Part shown: in pieces, positions 18,986 to 27,884 of the stretch
Layout of the letters: every line of letters begins with the position of its first letter
Position numbering within the stretch: the first letter of the stretch is position 1
DNA from: a virus
Virus record (IMG/VR): IMGVR_UViG_3300045988_121070
DNA length: 64,000 nt
Direction: 5' to 3' (one strand)
Position numbers and translations under genes: made by a program
Notes under the pieces: model-generated
Databases searched by the model: none
What the model saw: the letters and a program-made list of their open reading frames with translations, nothing else
What the model was told of the DNA's origin: nothing

Positions 18986-19040
18986 CCCCACCGAAAACGG
19001 CGGGGAGTGACGGCTTAGACCCGCTGGGAGAACCAGCGGG
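18986..19040 (+). repeat. Mosaic palindromic element (A + B modules) between the C5-methyltransferase core stop and cassette 5
   Basis: CCCCACCGAAAACGGCGGGG AGTGACGGCTTAGA CCCGCTGGGAGAACCAGCGGG CACACT. Confidence 0.85.
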
Positions 19041-19044
19041 CACA

Positions 19045-20412
19045 CTAACCTTTGGCACGGATGGCTGCGATTTCTTCATCAGAGAGTTTGTGATCGGTGA
19101 CGGTGTAGTAAATCTTAGCGGCAGCATCCGTCTCGTTTTTGGAGAGGAACTTTATCACGCTGTCCGGCTTCAGGAAGAACTTTTCACTAACCTCCTCTTC
19201 GAGAATGTCAGCGATGCAGGTGGTGAGTTCAAAGGGACGCGGGAACTCATACTGCGTATCGCCGAGGATATCCTGACGGATGGAGATCATATAGACCCGT
19301 TCGCGGTTCTGAGCTACGCCATAGTGTTTGCTGTTCAGAATGCCAAACTTCGTTTTCTTCTCACGTTTCTCTTTGCCCCAGGGGTAAGGGAATGACGGTG
19401 CGAGGAAGTTGACATAGCCATGTTTCTCCAGTAGGGCGCACCATTCTTTGAAGTCGGGCATGTTGACGCTGTTAATGAGGGCAGAGACATTTTCCTGAAG
19501 GAGGATTTTCGGGCGCATCTGTTCAACAGCCTTTTCGGTGTACCAAAGGACTGCAGAGCGGGTGTCAGAGCCTTTTTTGATGCCCGCACGTTTTCCCGCC
19601 TGACTGATGGACTGACAGGGCGTGGAGTAAGTCAAGAAATCGATGTCAGCATCCGAGAGGTCGCTCCAGTCACATTTGGTCATGTCGCCCCTATTGAGGG
19701 AGGCATACTGCGGGAAGAGCAAGTTATGAGCAACCACGGCAGGCTGTTCATTGATTGGCCTTTTGCTTTCGGGGTCGAACTCAGCCCATGCCACGAGTTC
19801 ATAGGCGAAATCAGGATAACGCTCACGGAGCATGTCAAAGGCTATGCACTGGGAGTCATAGCCAGAGCAAAGCGTAACCACCTTCAGAGGCTGTTCGCAG
19901 AAATTGCGAGACATCTGGAAAGTGGGTAGCGCAAACATATCCTGCACTTCACCAGGTATGCGGCGGTCGGTGGGGAATAAAAAAGCCTCGTAGATATACA
20001 TGAGGACATCGCAGACGATTGAATTGCCAGCGAGCTTGTAGTGGTTGGAGTTGGAGATTATCTGCACGGGGCCAAAACGCTCTTCGGTTTTGGCGGCCTT
20101 GATTTTTTCGTAAGCAAGGGTGTAGTTCTGACGGAGGAGTTCTATTTCCTCGGCATCATCATCCTCTTCATCCCCAGCGACGGAATCACTGGGCACAGTA
20201 TCTGGAGCATCTGCAGGTGCTTCGTTTTCTTCATCTGAGGGAGGTGTTTCGAGGCTTTCCAAAGAATCGCGGAAGGCTTCTTCTACTTCTTTCATTGTTG
20301 CCGAGGGTTCCAAACCGAACACGCTTAACTCATTATCGACATCAACGAAAGCGGTGTATGACTTTTGTTCAGTAGCCATCAACTGAGAAATCTGGCGTTC
20401 AGGAACGCCCAT
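19045..20412 (-). CDS. DNA (cytosine-5) methyltransferase core with permuted motif order (IX-X, then I-VIII)
   Basis: Order along the ORF: (RL)MGVPERQ (end of motif IX), an acidic insert, YKLAGNSIVCDVL (motif X), VVTLCSGYDSQ (I), TYSTPCQSISQAG (IV, PCQ), ILLQENVSAL (VI), GVAQNRERVYMISIR (VIII), then stop. No TRD follows motif VIII in this frame. Confidence 0.85.
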   Translation of the reverse strand: MGVPERQISQLMATEQKSYTAFVDVDNELSVFGLEPSATMKEVEEAFRDSLESLETPPSDEENEAPADAPDTVPSDSVAGDEEDDDAEEIELLRQNYTLAYEKIKAAKTEERFGPVQIISNSNHYKLAGNSIVCDVLMYIYEAFLFPTDRRIPGEVQDMFALPTFQMSRNFCEQPLKVVTLCSGYDSQCIAFDMLRERYPDFAYELVAWAEFDPESKRPINEQPAVVAHNLLFPQYASLNRGDMTKCDWSDLSDADIDFLTYSTPCQSISQAGKRAGIKKGSDTRSAVLWYTEKAVEQMRPKILLQENVSALINSVNMPDFKEWCALLEKHGYVNFLAPSFPYPWGKEKREKKTKFGILNSKHYGVAQNRERVYMISIRQDILGDTQYEFPRPFELTTCIADILEEEVSEKFFLKPDSVIKFLSKNETDAAAKIYYTVTDHKLSDEEIAAIRAKG

Positions 20413-20416
20413 TAGC

Positions 20417-20726
20417 CTATAGCATTCGGGGGGGGGTAAGTTTTCGGATGTCGAAGTACCTCACGGGGTGCTTCGGATCCTTTTTGCCCTGGAGGTCAGG
20501 GTGGTTGTCGGGATAAATTTTTGCAATCATACGCTCTTTATGTTTAATATCAAATCTTTCTTCACAAACAAAATAATGATTACGGGCAGAGATACCCGCC
20601 AGAATCGTTACAGCGATGCCATGATGCGACCGCTGATTATAGGTGTCGAGCATTTCGCCGTGAAAGTTCGGTCGCCATTGCCCCCCCCCTAATCATGGCA
20701 TTCAGCCGAGAATTAAAATGGTTCAT
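20417..20726 (-). pseudogene. TRD cassette 4 plus motif IX, the 5' extension of the C5-methyltransferase. It is split by two 9-nt tracts (8 needed in each).
   Basis: ATG at 20726 overlaps the cassette 3 stop (ATGA). With 8 nt at 20681-20689 and 20428-20436 it reads MNHFNSRLNAMIRGGQWRPNFHGEMLDTYNQRSHHGIAVTILAGISARNHYFV...VRYFDIRKLTPPECYRLMGVPERQ.., fusing in frame to the 19045-20412 ORF. Confidence 0.6.
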
Positions 20727-20911
20727 AAGTCATATTCTATTAAAACGACAGTCATTGGGAAGTGTGCAAGCGTCAGGATATTCGTAGGTCCGACAGCATC
20801 GTAACGAGTGGTAAGGGTAGCAGCGCAGCCGTCGGCTGTGACATTGACAGGAGCGATTTGCCCCCCCCTGGTAGTGCGGAATGCACCGATGTTTGTTATC
20901 TTACAGATCAT
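20723..20911 (-). CDS. TRD-like cassette 3 (62 aa), intact
   Basis: MICKITNIGAFRTTRGGQIAPVNVTADGCAATLTTRYDAVGPTNILTLAHFPMTVVLIEYDL. C8 at 20861-20868 is in frame. Paralogous to cassette 12. Confidence 0.6.
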   Translation of the reverse strand: MICKITNIGAFRTTRGGQIAPVNVTADGCAATLTTRYDAVGPTNILTLAHFPMTVVLIEYDL

Positions 20912-21110
20912 ATTCAATCAATACGCCAGTGGCACCACGAGTGGTTTTTAGAAGAAAATTAGCGACACTACTTTTCTGATACTGAGCTTTGATGGTTCGA
21001 CATACCCCCCCCTGATAAGCGTTAATAAGCCCCAGCCGAGAACGGCTGGGAGTGGTGTTTTTTTGAGCTGCGATGGTATCGCAGCATACGGGACACTTTT
21101 CATAGGTCAT
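20901..21110 (-). CDS. TRD-like cassette 2 (69 aa), intact. Its N-terminus is encoded by C + A palindromic modules.
   Basis: MTYEKCPVCCDTIAAQKNTTPSRSRLGLINAYQGGVCRTIKAQYQKSSVANFLLKTTRGATGVLIEYDL. C8 at 21005-21012 is in frame. Confidence 0.55.
   Translation of the reverse strand: MTYEKCPVCCDTIAAQKNTTPSRSRLGLINAYQGGVCRTIKAQYQKSSVANFLLKTTRGATGVLIEYDL
21030..21095 (+). repeat. Mosaic palindromic element (A + C modules) embedded in cassette 2
   Basis: CCCCAGCCGAGAACGGCTGGG AGTGG.. GCTGCGATGGTATCGCAGC ATACGGGACA. Confidence 0.85.
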
Positions 21111-21248
21111 ACTCGATGAGAATTTTGGGTTTGTCTGTATCGTGGCCATTGCCCCCCCTGCGAGACAGAGGGCGATACCTTTTGGGGACACCACTATGCC
21201 GTTTTGGGAAGGGCTATAACGACCGAGGATGATAGGACGTGTGACCAT
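21100..21248 (-). pseudogene. TRD-like cassette 1, frame shifted at C7 (8 needed). As written it reads through into cassette 2.
   Basis: MVTRPIILGRYSPSQNGIVVSPKGIALCLAGG. With 8 G it continues GNGHDTDKPKILIEYDL-stop. With the observed 7 it fuses to the cassette 2 frame (tracked ORF 20901-21248). The tract is at 21152-21158. Confidence 0.55.
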
Positions 21249-21249
21249 A

Positions 21250-21438
21250 TTACAAGAGTAGGATGATGACGATAATCAACAGCACGGCAAAGGTGCGAGA
21301 ACGACGGGGGCGGATGTCGCCACGGATGTAGGACTTTGTGGAGATCCTGGTGGGTGACGGGAGTGGACGCTTGATGTCGTAGGGATCGATGCGTTCGAGT
21401 CGTCGGGGGTCGTGGTTCTTTTTCTTCTGATGCTTCAT
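21250..21438 (-). CDS. Small protein with a C-terminal TM anchor (62 aa)
   Basis: Basic N-terminus, C-terminal FAVLLIIVIILLL. Its start overlaps the HNH gene stop. Confidence 0.4.
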   Translation of the reverse strand: MKHQKKKNHDPRRLERIDPYDIKRPLPSPTRISTKSYIRGDIRPRRSRTFAVLLIIVIILLL

Positions 21439-21851
21439 TCGTGATTGGACTGGGTGGCGGACCAGCGGAGGTTAGAGAAATGATTATTGGTGCGGTTGCC
21501 ATCGATGTGGATGACGTGGGGAAGGTTGTCGGGGTTAGGGACAAAGGCTTCTGCCACGAGGCGATGCACCTTAAAGTTCTTACCAGCGAGACGGACACGG
21601 CGATAGCCTTTGCCGTTGAAAGATGCTATCTCCTTGCAGAGAGCGCCAGGACTCGATGGAGAACCATCGAGCACGTTGGCTGTAGGAGCTGATAGGACAC
21701 GGCCATCTTTCGCAATGAAATAGGATGTGCGGCCATGCTGGAAGAAGCAGGCCACCTCTATACGGTGAGTAACACCAGGACAGTTGGTGACACAGCCCTC
21801 ATCAGCAACAAGTGACTTTGCGATAAAATCACAGTTATACATCTTATCCAT
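21435..21851 (-). CDS. HNH homing-type endonuclease
   Basis: GYRRVRLAGKNFKVHRLVAEAFVPNPDNLPHVIHIDGNRTNNHFSNLRW is a typical phage HNH_3 core. Start MDKMY at 21851, overlapping the dut stop (TAATG). Confidence 0.85.
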   Translation of the reverse strand: MDKMYNCDFIAKSLVADEGCVTNCPGVTHRIEVACFFQHGRTSYFIAKDGRVLSAPTANVLDGSPSSPGALCKEIASFNGKGYRRVRLAGKNFKVHRLVAEAFVPNPDNLPHVIHIDGNRTNNHFSNLRWSATQSNHE

Positions 21852-22285
21852 TACTTTGTGCCGGTATGTCCGTAACCGCCATCGCCACGTTCGGTATCGT
21901 CGAGGACTGTCACGGGGTTCCACTCTGCCTGTTCGTAGGATGCGATAACCAGTTGGGCAATGCGTTCGCCGTCGGCAATCTCGAAGGGGATGTTGCTTAG
22001 ATTGATGAGCAGCACACCGATTTCACCACGATAGTCGGCATCGATCGTGCCTGGTGCGTTGAGCACGGTGATACCATGTTTGAGAGCGAGGCCGGAGCGT
22101 GGGCGCACCTGAGCCTCGTAGCCTGCAGGGAGTGCGATATACAGGCCGGTGGGGACTAACACACGCTCCATGGGTTGCAGGACGATAGGCTCTGTGATGT
22201 TCGCACGAAGATCCATGCCGGCAGACTGAGCTGTGGCATATTCGGGAAGTGGGTGGTGGGAGTTGTTGATGATATCTATTTTCAT
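21851..22285 (-). CDS. dut: dUTP diphosphatase
   Basis: [28 protein letters not shown]..., [31 protein letters not shown]..., [11 protein letters not shown]: all trimeric dUTPase motifs are present. Confidence 0.9.
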   Translation of the reverse strand: MKIDIINNSHHPLPEYATAQSAGMDLRANITEPIVLQPMERVLVPTGLYIALPAGYEAQVRPRSGLALKHGITVLNAPGTIDADYRGEIGVLLINLSNIPFEIADGERIAQLVIASYEQAEWNPVTVLDDTERGDGGYGHTGTK

Positions 22286-22331
22286 AATTTTTGCGGTTAG
22301 GACCCAACGGGGAAACCGCTGGGCACAGTGG

Positions 22332-23480
22332 TTATTCCAGGGACATGGGCATACAGAGTTCGAGGAGAACGGAGTTGTCGGCATCCTCTTTGAGGAGGAG
22401 TGGGCGGTTAGGTGCTGACAGTTCTACGCGCACGTTATCGGTGCTGATGTTGCCGAGTAGGTTCATCAGTTGCGAAGCCTTGATGCCTATGGCGAAGTTA
22501 TCGGGTAGTGTCAGCGGGTTCTCCACCTCGGCGAGTGTCAGGTTCTCGGAAGCGGACTTTGAGAAGTCGATGTCGGCAGCAGATAGGTTGACAAACATGC
22601 CATCCTTAGAGAACTTAACCATGTTGGATGCGTCGGAAGCCATGAGTTGCACACGTTTGAGGGCACCCATGAATGAGGCCACCGGCAGGACGGCATGGTA
22701 GGGATTTTCCTTGGGGATGACTGAGTTGTAATTAGGATAACGCTGTTCGATGTCGCGGATGGTGAATGATATATCGCCGGCACGTAGGCATACATGCTTA
22801 CGGTCGAACAGCACTTCAATCTCCTCTACGCCGAGGAATGGAGTCTGCAGAGAGCCGACGATGGTGTTTGGAATAAGGATGACCGCCTTTTCGCCCGTGA
22901 GGAACGGTACACCATGGAAGTATTCATACTTATAGAGCGAGTGTCCGTCAGATCCGACGAATACCACCTTATCGTCGAGCACGTCGAGTGCCACAGCAGC
23001 CATCTGAGGACGCAGTGTGTCATTGAACGAAGTACATCCGCTTGCAGCCTTGACTGCAGGAAAAAAAATGTTAGCAGGTACGACAAACGATGTTGTTGGG
23101 TCGGTGACATCCGCCACCTTGGGGAACTCGGCAGACTCCTCGATAGGTACAGACACCTGTCCGCTCTGATAGATGACTGTGGCGAGGTGGCGCTCCAGGT
23201 CGATGTCGAACGTCACGGGCTGTTCAGGCAGAGAGCCGAGCAGTGGGATGATGTCGGCAGCAGGCAGGCAGAACGGATGGAACATATCGCCGGACTCCAT
23301 GAGGATGCCCACCGGCATGGTGAGGGCGTTTTCCTGTGAGGAGCCAGTGATGAAGAACTTATCACCCACCTGTGTAAAGAGGTGGTTGGTGAGGATGGGA
23401 AGGCTACATTTGCGCTGGATGACTGAGCCGGTAGCCTTCAGGATGCGGAGCAGTTCGCGGGATGATACGTTGAATTTCAT
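22332..23480 (-). CDS. dnaN: DNA polymerase III beta sliding clamp
   Basis: 382 aa. The N-terminus [35 protein letters not shown] and the overall length and three-domain pattern match DnaN. Confidence 0.8.
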   Translation of the reverse strand: MKFNVSSRELLRILKATGSVIQRKCSLPILTNHLFTQVGDKFFITGSSQENALTMPVGILMESGDMFHPFCLPAADIIPLLGSLPEQPVTFDIDLERHLATVIYQSGQVSVPIEESAEFPKVADVTDPTTSFVVPANIFFPAVKAASGCTSFNDTLRPQMAAVALDVLDDKVVFVGSDGHSLYKYEYFHGVPFLTGEKAVILIPNTIVGSLQTPFLGVEEIEVLFDRKHVCLRAGDISFTIRDIEQRYPNYNSVIPKENPYHAVLPVASFMGALKRVQLMASDASNMVKFSKDGMFVNLSAADIDFSKSASENLTLAEVENPLTLPDNFAIGIKASQLMNLLGNISTDNVRVELSAPNRPLLLKEDADNSVLLELCMPMSLE

Positions 23481-23496
23481 AATCTTTTTTATTAGG

Positions 23497-23594
23497 GCAG
23501 CGATGGAATCGCTGCATACAAGAAACGGGACATTGGGGACCCCGCCGAGAACGGCGGGGGGGGGTGGCTATAGCCCAGCGGTTTCCCCGCTGGG
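23497..23594 (+). repeat. Mosaic palindromic element (C + A + inverted B modules), including an intergenic G9 tract
   Basis: GCAGCGATGGAATCGCTGC ATACAAGAAACGGGACA .. CCCCGCCGAGAACGGCGGGG GGGGG TGG .. CCCAGCGGTTTCCCCGCTGGG. G9 at 23556-23564. Confidence 0.85.
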
Positions 23595-23602
23595 CGCTGG
23601 TT

Positions 23603-24202
23603 TTAGAAGGGGAGGTCTTCGTCGGTGGCAGCGCCAGAGAACGGGTCGTAGTCGGACGATGCCGGAGCCGAGTAGCCTGCTACTCCCTGCGAGACAGGTG
23701 CGGAGCTGTTGCGTGGCTGTTGGCTGTTCTGGTCTTCGACGAGGTAAGAGTCGCCCATCTGGTAAGGCATAAGCATCGAGATAGCACGGGAGAGGTCGGT
23801 GCCCTGTGTATCGGATTGGTCTTTCCATTCAGGATGTTCGCTGATGACACGCGCTTTGAGTGCGGCGCGGATCTTGGTGCGCTTCTCTTCGGGGAGCGTG
23901 TAAGCCACCTGATAGGCAGGTACATTGTAGAGCGTGATATCTTCGCCTTTGCGCATGAGTGACTGTTTCACTGCATCGATGTACTTACCATTGCACGAGC
24001 GCTGGATGAAGTTGAGGAAAGCACGGATGCCAGAAGCATTGCGCTTGCCCTCGTCGCGGTTATCCTGCTGCACCTCTATGCCGTTGATGCCGGCAGGGAT
24101 GAAGATGCCAGGGATGGGTTTGCCACCCTCGGTGAGTGTGAGGTTTAGAAACCTGGCACCGATGAAGGTGCCGATGTCAACTGAAAATCTGTAACGAGCC
24201 AT
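23603..24202 (-). CDS. Putative ssDNA-binding protein with an SSB-type acidic tip
   Basis: A structured N-terminal region of about 130 aa, a Gln/Ser/Pro-rich linker and a C-terminal ...ATDEDLPF, which mimics the bacterial SSB tip DDDIPF. It sits between the clamp and primase-helicase genes. Confidence 0.5.
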   Translation of the reverse strand: MARYRFSVDIGTFIGARFLNLTLTEGGKPIPGIFIPAGINGIEVQQDNRDEGKRNASGIRAFLNFIQRSCNGKYIDAVKQSLMRKGEDITLYNVPAYQVAYTLPEEKRTKIRAALKARVISEHPEWKDQSDTQGTDLSRAISMLMPYQMGDSYLVEDQNSQQPRNSSAPVSQGVAGYSAPASSDYDPFSGAATDEDLPF

Positions 24203-24228
24203 AATTTCACTTTTAAGTTAATATTTAA

Positions 24229-27200
24229 TTAAAATGGTAAATCCTCTTCGGGTTGCTGGGTGCTGGCAGCAGAACTGCCAGCCACAGTGGTAGCGGTGGC
24301 TGCGGAGGTGGTGCGCTTACGCTGACGGCCATCGAGGTAAGAGCGCCAGCGCTGCTGTTCCTCTTCGGTGAGTACAACCACGTTGCCGTTGTCGTCGGTG
24401 ATTGGTGCTGGGTCGGGCTTAGACAAGAATGCCTCGTAGTCCTTCATCAGTTCATCGTTGTTGGCGGGGATAGTATCTTTGCCGGAGCGGTAGAAATATA
24501 CCGCATGTTCGGTGCGTACCAATTCGCGGATCTGCTTTGGAGCAATCGTTGCATCCTCCTCCCACTCGCGTCCCTCGAAGTAGCGGCGCGTACACCATGC
24601 CTGGTGCGCGAAGTAGTTGGTCTGTTCCGCCTTTTTGAGTACCTTGCCATCCGCTTTCTTGAAGAGCTGTGGCGGGTTCATCAGAATGCCGGCAGTCTCG
24701 CAGTAGTCGAGTATGCGGCGCTTGAAAGCCTTGGGAGAGAACGAGTCCGTCTTATTCTTTGATGCCTCGGCAAAGTCGGACTTGTATTCTTCCAGCATCG
24801 AATCGAGATCGACGGGAACACCATAGACATGTTCCTGAGCGAAGAACACACGAGCGAAACGCAGGAACGCCTCTCCGAGTGACTGTGTGAGGGTACGCTG
24901 TTCCATGTACTTTTTCTGAGCATCTACCTTCTCATCGTAGCGCATGACAAACTGCACGGCGAGGGCGCATATCATGGCAATCTGGTTACGGGAGGTGGCA
25001 GAGAGTTTTTCGGGAGAAACAGCGTTGAAGTCCGGCATGATGTCGGAGATATAGCGAGCCGCTTTGTTCTTCATTATGTTTTGTCCGCAAAAGCGGTGTG
25101 AGAAACCACCGAGACAGACACGGCGCATGGTAGAGTCGTCGAGGTCGTGAAGCGGATAGTTAGACGTGACTACATGGCCAGGACCCTCAGACAAAGGAAT
25201 AGTGATGCGGTCCTTATACATATAGCGCACGGAGAAATCGCCGGTTGTGAGGTTGTAGAGCTTACCGAAGTCGAGTGAGGCATCCACATCCTCCCAATGG
25301 ACGATGCGGTGCTTGTGGTGTTGATACTCAGCCAGGTTAGCCGAGAACTCCTTATTACTAATGAGGTCGCGTCCGTTGATGTTCAGGATATGCGCTGCAC
25401 AGCCCGCGAAGATACGCACGAAGGTTGACTTACCAGAGCCACCCTCGGCACGGTTGGCAGCCGACACCACATTCTCGATGAGATAAGAGATACAGTTAGA
25501 CTTCGAGTCGCGGTAGCGCCATAACATACGACCGAGGCAGAAGATGAGATTAGCAAAGCGGCAGTCCAATTCCATCTGTTCCTCAGACGAGAACTGCTTA
25601 CCATCGTGGATGAGACGCTGTTCCTGTTCCCATTCCTCGTTTGCGAAACCACGGATGACACGCAGTGTAGGCCACATTTCATCCTCATGCTTACCCTTCC
25701 AATCGACGAGCCAGCGATGCGACTGTGCCCATAGCGCCAGGTCGTTTTTATCCTGTTCCAGTTGGGAGAGCGTATAGAGCGGTTTGCCGTTATCATCCTT
25801 TTCCGCCTCCTTATTCTTGATAACCTCTAAGCGACGGCGATATTCGGGGTTCTCCGAAATCTCGAAAGGCAGGTCTTTAAGCGGTGTGATATTCCAATGC
25901 AGCTTCTCTCCACGTTCCACATTGAAGTCTATCTGGTCGTAAGGGAGCAGCGTTATCTCGTTCTCCGTGATGCGGAGCGCACCATTCTCGTAGAAGAAAT
26001 GTTCGATGTGGCGACCATAGCCCTCGTTATAGTTCATCTTAACAGCAGGCAGCGAGGCAATCGTCTTCTCGTTGATCTCCTTGTTAGCACGGAGCACCGA
26101 CTGCACCATCAACTCGTATTCATCAGGAAGTCCAGGACGCGCATCGTTGAGTTGACGGGCATACTCCTTTAGGTGTTCGATGGTGGCCTGCACCATAGAC
26201 TGCGGGTCCAGTTCGTCGGCAAACGGGCCATCGATATGCACATAGCGTCCTATTTTATCCGGCTCATCGGGTCGCACGTCGCGGGCATAGCCAGCAGAAG
26301 CCATGAACTCCCATAGCGTAGCCGGATTGATGGTATAGTACACCTCCTTCACCATGCCGTTCTTATCCCTTTTCTCTTTGCGCTCGAAGGGGTCGCTGCT
26401 GAGAGCCGACGTGATACATGATGAGAAGAGGCGGTTGATGTCCTCATCGTTCTGGAACGCCTCACGCGGCAGCATGTGATACGCCAGGAAGAAGTCGCGT
26501 ACCGTCTGTACTGGGTGGCAGAAGAGGCGAGGGAAATAGAGGTGTGCCCTATCCGTCATCGTCTCTGGCAGTTGGGCACGAAGCACGTCACGGTAGCGAC
26601 AGCTGATGTCGCGGGCGCGAAGCGTCTGTTTGGTGTCAGAGGCGAAGAGTGTGTAGATGTTGTCCGCGAAGCGGTGCATCTTATTATAGTGGATGCTGGA
26701 GAAAGGCACGTCGCCATAAGGGAAGCAGACGTGGTACCAGCGAGAACCGAACTGTTTGGGGTAAGTATGGCGCAATGCCGTGAGGTGGTAGTAAGTAGCG
26801 ATGGCATCCTGAGCCGAGGTACAATAAATGATGGCACGAGCCTTGATGTCCTTATCGCGGATAGGCACATCTGTCAGTTCCATTTTCGGGTTGCCGTTCT
26901 TATCGCTGGACTCCTGCCACTCCTGTTTTACCTCAGTAACCCGTTCGTTGGGGTCGAGTTCCTGAATGGCCTTACGGACACCCGTTGTGTCGGAGGTGCG
27001 CAGTTCGACAGCGCGGAGAAATACCTTATCGCCTGCCAGCCAACGGCTAACCTTAGCGGTGGTATGTTCCTCAGTAGTAGAGAACACCATAGGCGGTTGT
27101 TCCTCGATAGCCGGACGGAATATAGAGCCACAATCCTCGCGCTCATCATCAGCGAGAGCCACAAAGATAGGGTTCCAGGGTGTAGATATCAGCACCTCAG

Positions 27201-27876
27201 ACTGCGGTTCTCCCTGACGCGAGACAGCAGGCAGCGTAACCTTGCCGACCGCATAGACGTGGAAGTCCTGCTGTATCATTGACGGGTGGAAATGCCAGTC
27301 AGCATCCTTGTTTGCCGTGTCGAAGCCATACTGTTCGATGCCGTCACGCGAGAGCCATGTGGTGCAACCGAGAGCAGCGAGATCCTGCGGTGTAAAGTCC
27401 GTCTTAGGCTCGAACGTCAGTACCTCTTGTGGTCGTAAAGCCGTCTCGCGGTAGTCACGTTTCAGCAGCTGTGGCCATTTCTCCTGAATCTCCTCACGAG
27501 TATGTCCCATTTGTTCTGCCAGTCCGAGGCAGGCATGTCGGAGGTCTTCGCCCACACAGATGAACGTCTGTGGAGCGTGAGCATCCTTACGCCACCAGTA
27601 ACCGAGGCCCTTCATCGCTGCAAACAGTTCGATAGCCCCATAGCCACCCCGTCGTGTCTTGGTACAGAACCAGTATTCGACAGGTTTGCCATAGAGACCA
27701 CCACGACGGCGGTGGTAGATGATGAAGTGCGGGGTGGATTTCCCGCTGGCAGGAGCACCCTTACAGAACGGACACCAGCAAGCCGTCTGTCCCTCCTCAG
27801 TCTGCTGGTCGGCAGGCTGTATGAGGAGGTTCAGCGGTAATGCTGCAAGTTCGTCTATGAGTGGGTCGTAGATCAT
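24229..27876 (-). CDS. Primase / SF3 (D5-like) helicase fusion protein (1215 aa)
   Basis: N-terminal zinc motif CWCPFCKG, a central primase-like region, and the Walker A NRAEGGSGKSTFVRIF of D5/P4-type helicases. The C-terminus ends QQPEEDLPF. Confidence 0.8.
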   Translation of the reverse strand: MIYDPLIDELAALPLNLLIQPADQQTEEGQTACWCPFCKGAPASGKSTPHFIIYHRRRGGLYGKPVEYWFCTKTRRGGYGAIELFAAMKGLGYWWRKDAHAPQTFICVGEDLRHACLGLAEQMGHTREEIQEKWPQLLKRDYRETALRPQEVLTFEPKTDFTPQDLAALGCTTWLSRDGIEQYGFDTANKDADWHFHPSMIQQDFHVYAVGKVTLPAVSRQGEPQSEVLISTPWNPIFVALADDEREDCGSIFRPAIEEQPPMVFSTTEEHTTAKVSRWLAGDKVFLRAVELRTSDTTGVRKAIQELDPNERVTEVKQEWQESSDKNGNPKMELTDVPIRDKDIKARAIIYCTSAQDAIATYYHLTALRHTYPKQFGSRWYHVCFPYGDVPFSSIHYNKMHRFADNIYTLFASDTKQTLRARDISCRYRDVLRAQLPETMTDRAHLYFPRLFCHPVQTVRDFFLAYHMLPREAFQNDEDINRLFSSCITSALSSDPFERKEKRDKNGMVKEVYYTINPATLWEFMASAGYARDVRPDEPDKIGRYVHIDGPFADELDPQSMVQATIEHLKEYARQLNDARPGLPDEYELMVQSVLRANKEINEKTIASLPAVKMNYNEGYGRHIEHFFYENGALRITENEITLLPYDQIDFNVERGEKLHWNITPLKDLPFEISENPEYRRRLEVIKNKEAEKDDNGKPLYTLSQLEQDKNDLALWAQSHRWLVDWKGKHEDEMWPTLRVIRGFANEEWEQEQRLIHDGKQFSSEEQMELDCRFANLIFCLGRMLWRYRDSKSNCISYLIENVVSAANRAEGGSGKSTFVRIFAGCAAHILNINGRDLISNKEFSANLAEYQHHKHRIVHWEDVDASLDFGKLYNLTTGDFSVRYMYKDRITIPLSEGPGHVVTSNYPLHDLDDSTMRRVCLGGFSHRFCGQNIMKNKAARYISDIMPDFNAVSPEKLSATSRNQIAMICALAVQFVMRYDEKVDAQKKYMEQRTLTQSLGEAFLRFARVFFAQEHVYGVPVDLDSMLEEYKSDFAEASKNKTDSFSPKAFKRRILDYCETAGILMNPPQLFKKADGKVLKKAEQTNYFAHQAWCTRRYFEGREWEEDATIAPKQIRELVRTEHAVYFYRSGKDTIPANNDELMKDYEAFLSKPDPAPITDDNGNVVVLTEEEQQRWRSYLDGRQRKRTTSAATATTVAGSSAASTQQPEEDLPF

Positions 27877-27884
27877 ACCAAATA

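Noticed and set aside
17326-21248. The homopolymer frameshifts could be explained purely as sequencing or assembly errors.
   Set aside because: This cannot be excluded without reads. However, A/T8 runs inside long ORFs are intact, and G/C runs are strongly enriched and concentrated in methyltransferase ORFs. Both +1 and -1 deviations occur, and every break coincides with a G/C tract. I therefore kept it as a hypothesis of genuine length variation rather than dismissing it.
20901-21248. The single 115-aa ORF spanning cassettes 1 and 2, read as one gene.
   Set aside because: It exists only because the 7-nt tract shifts cassette 1 into the cassette 2 frame. The bridging segment (AMATIQTNPKFSSS) replaces the conserved GNGHDTDKPKILIEYDL ending seen with 8 nt. 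I report it as two cassettes and note the possible fusion.
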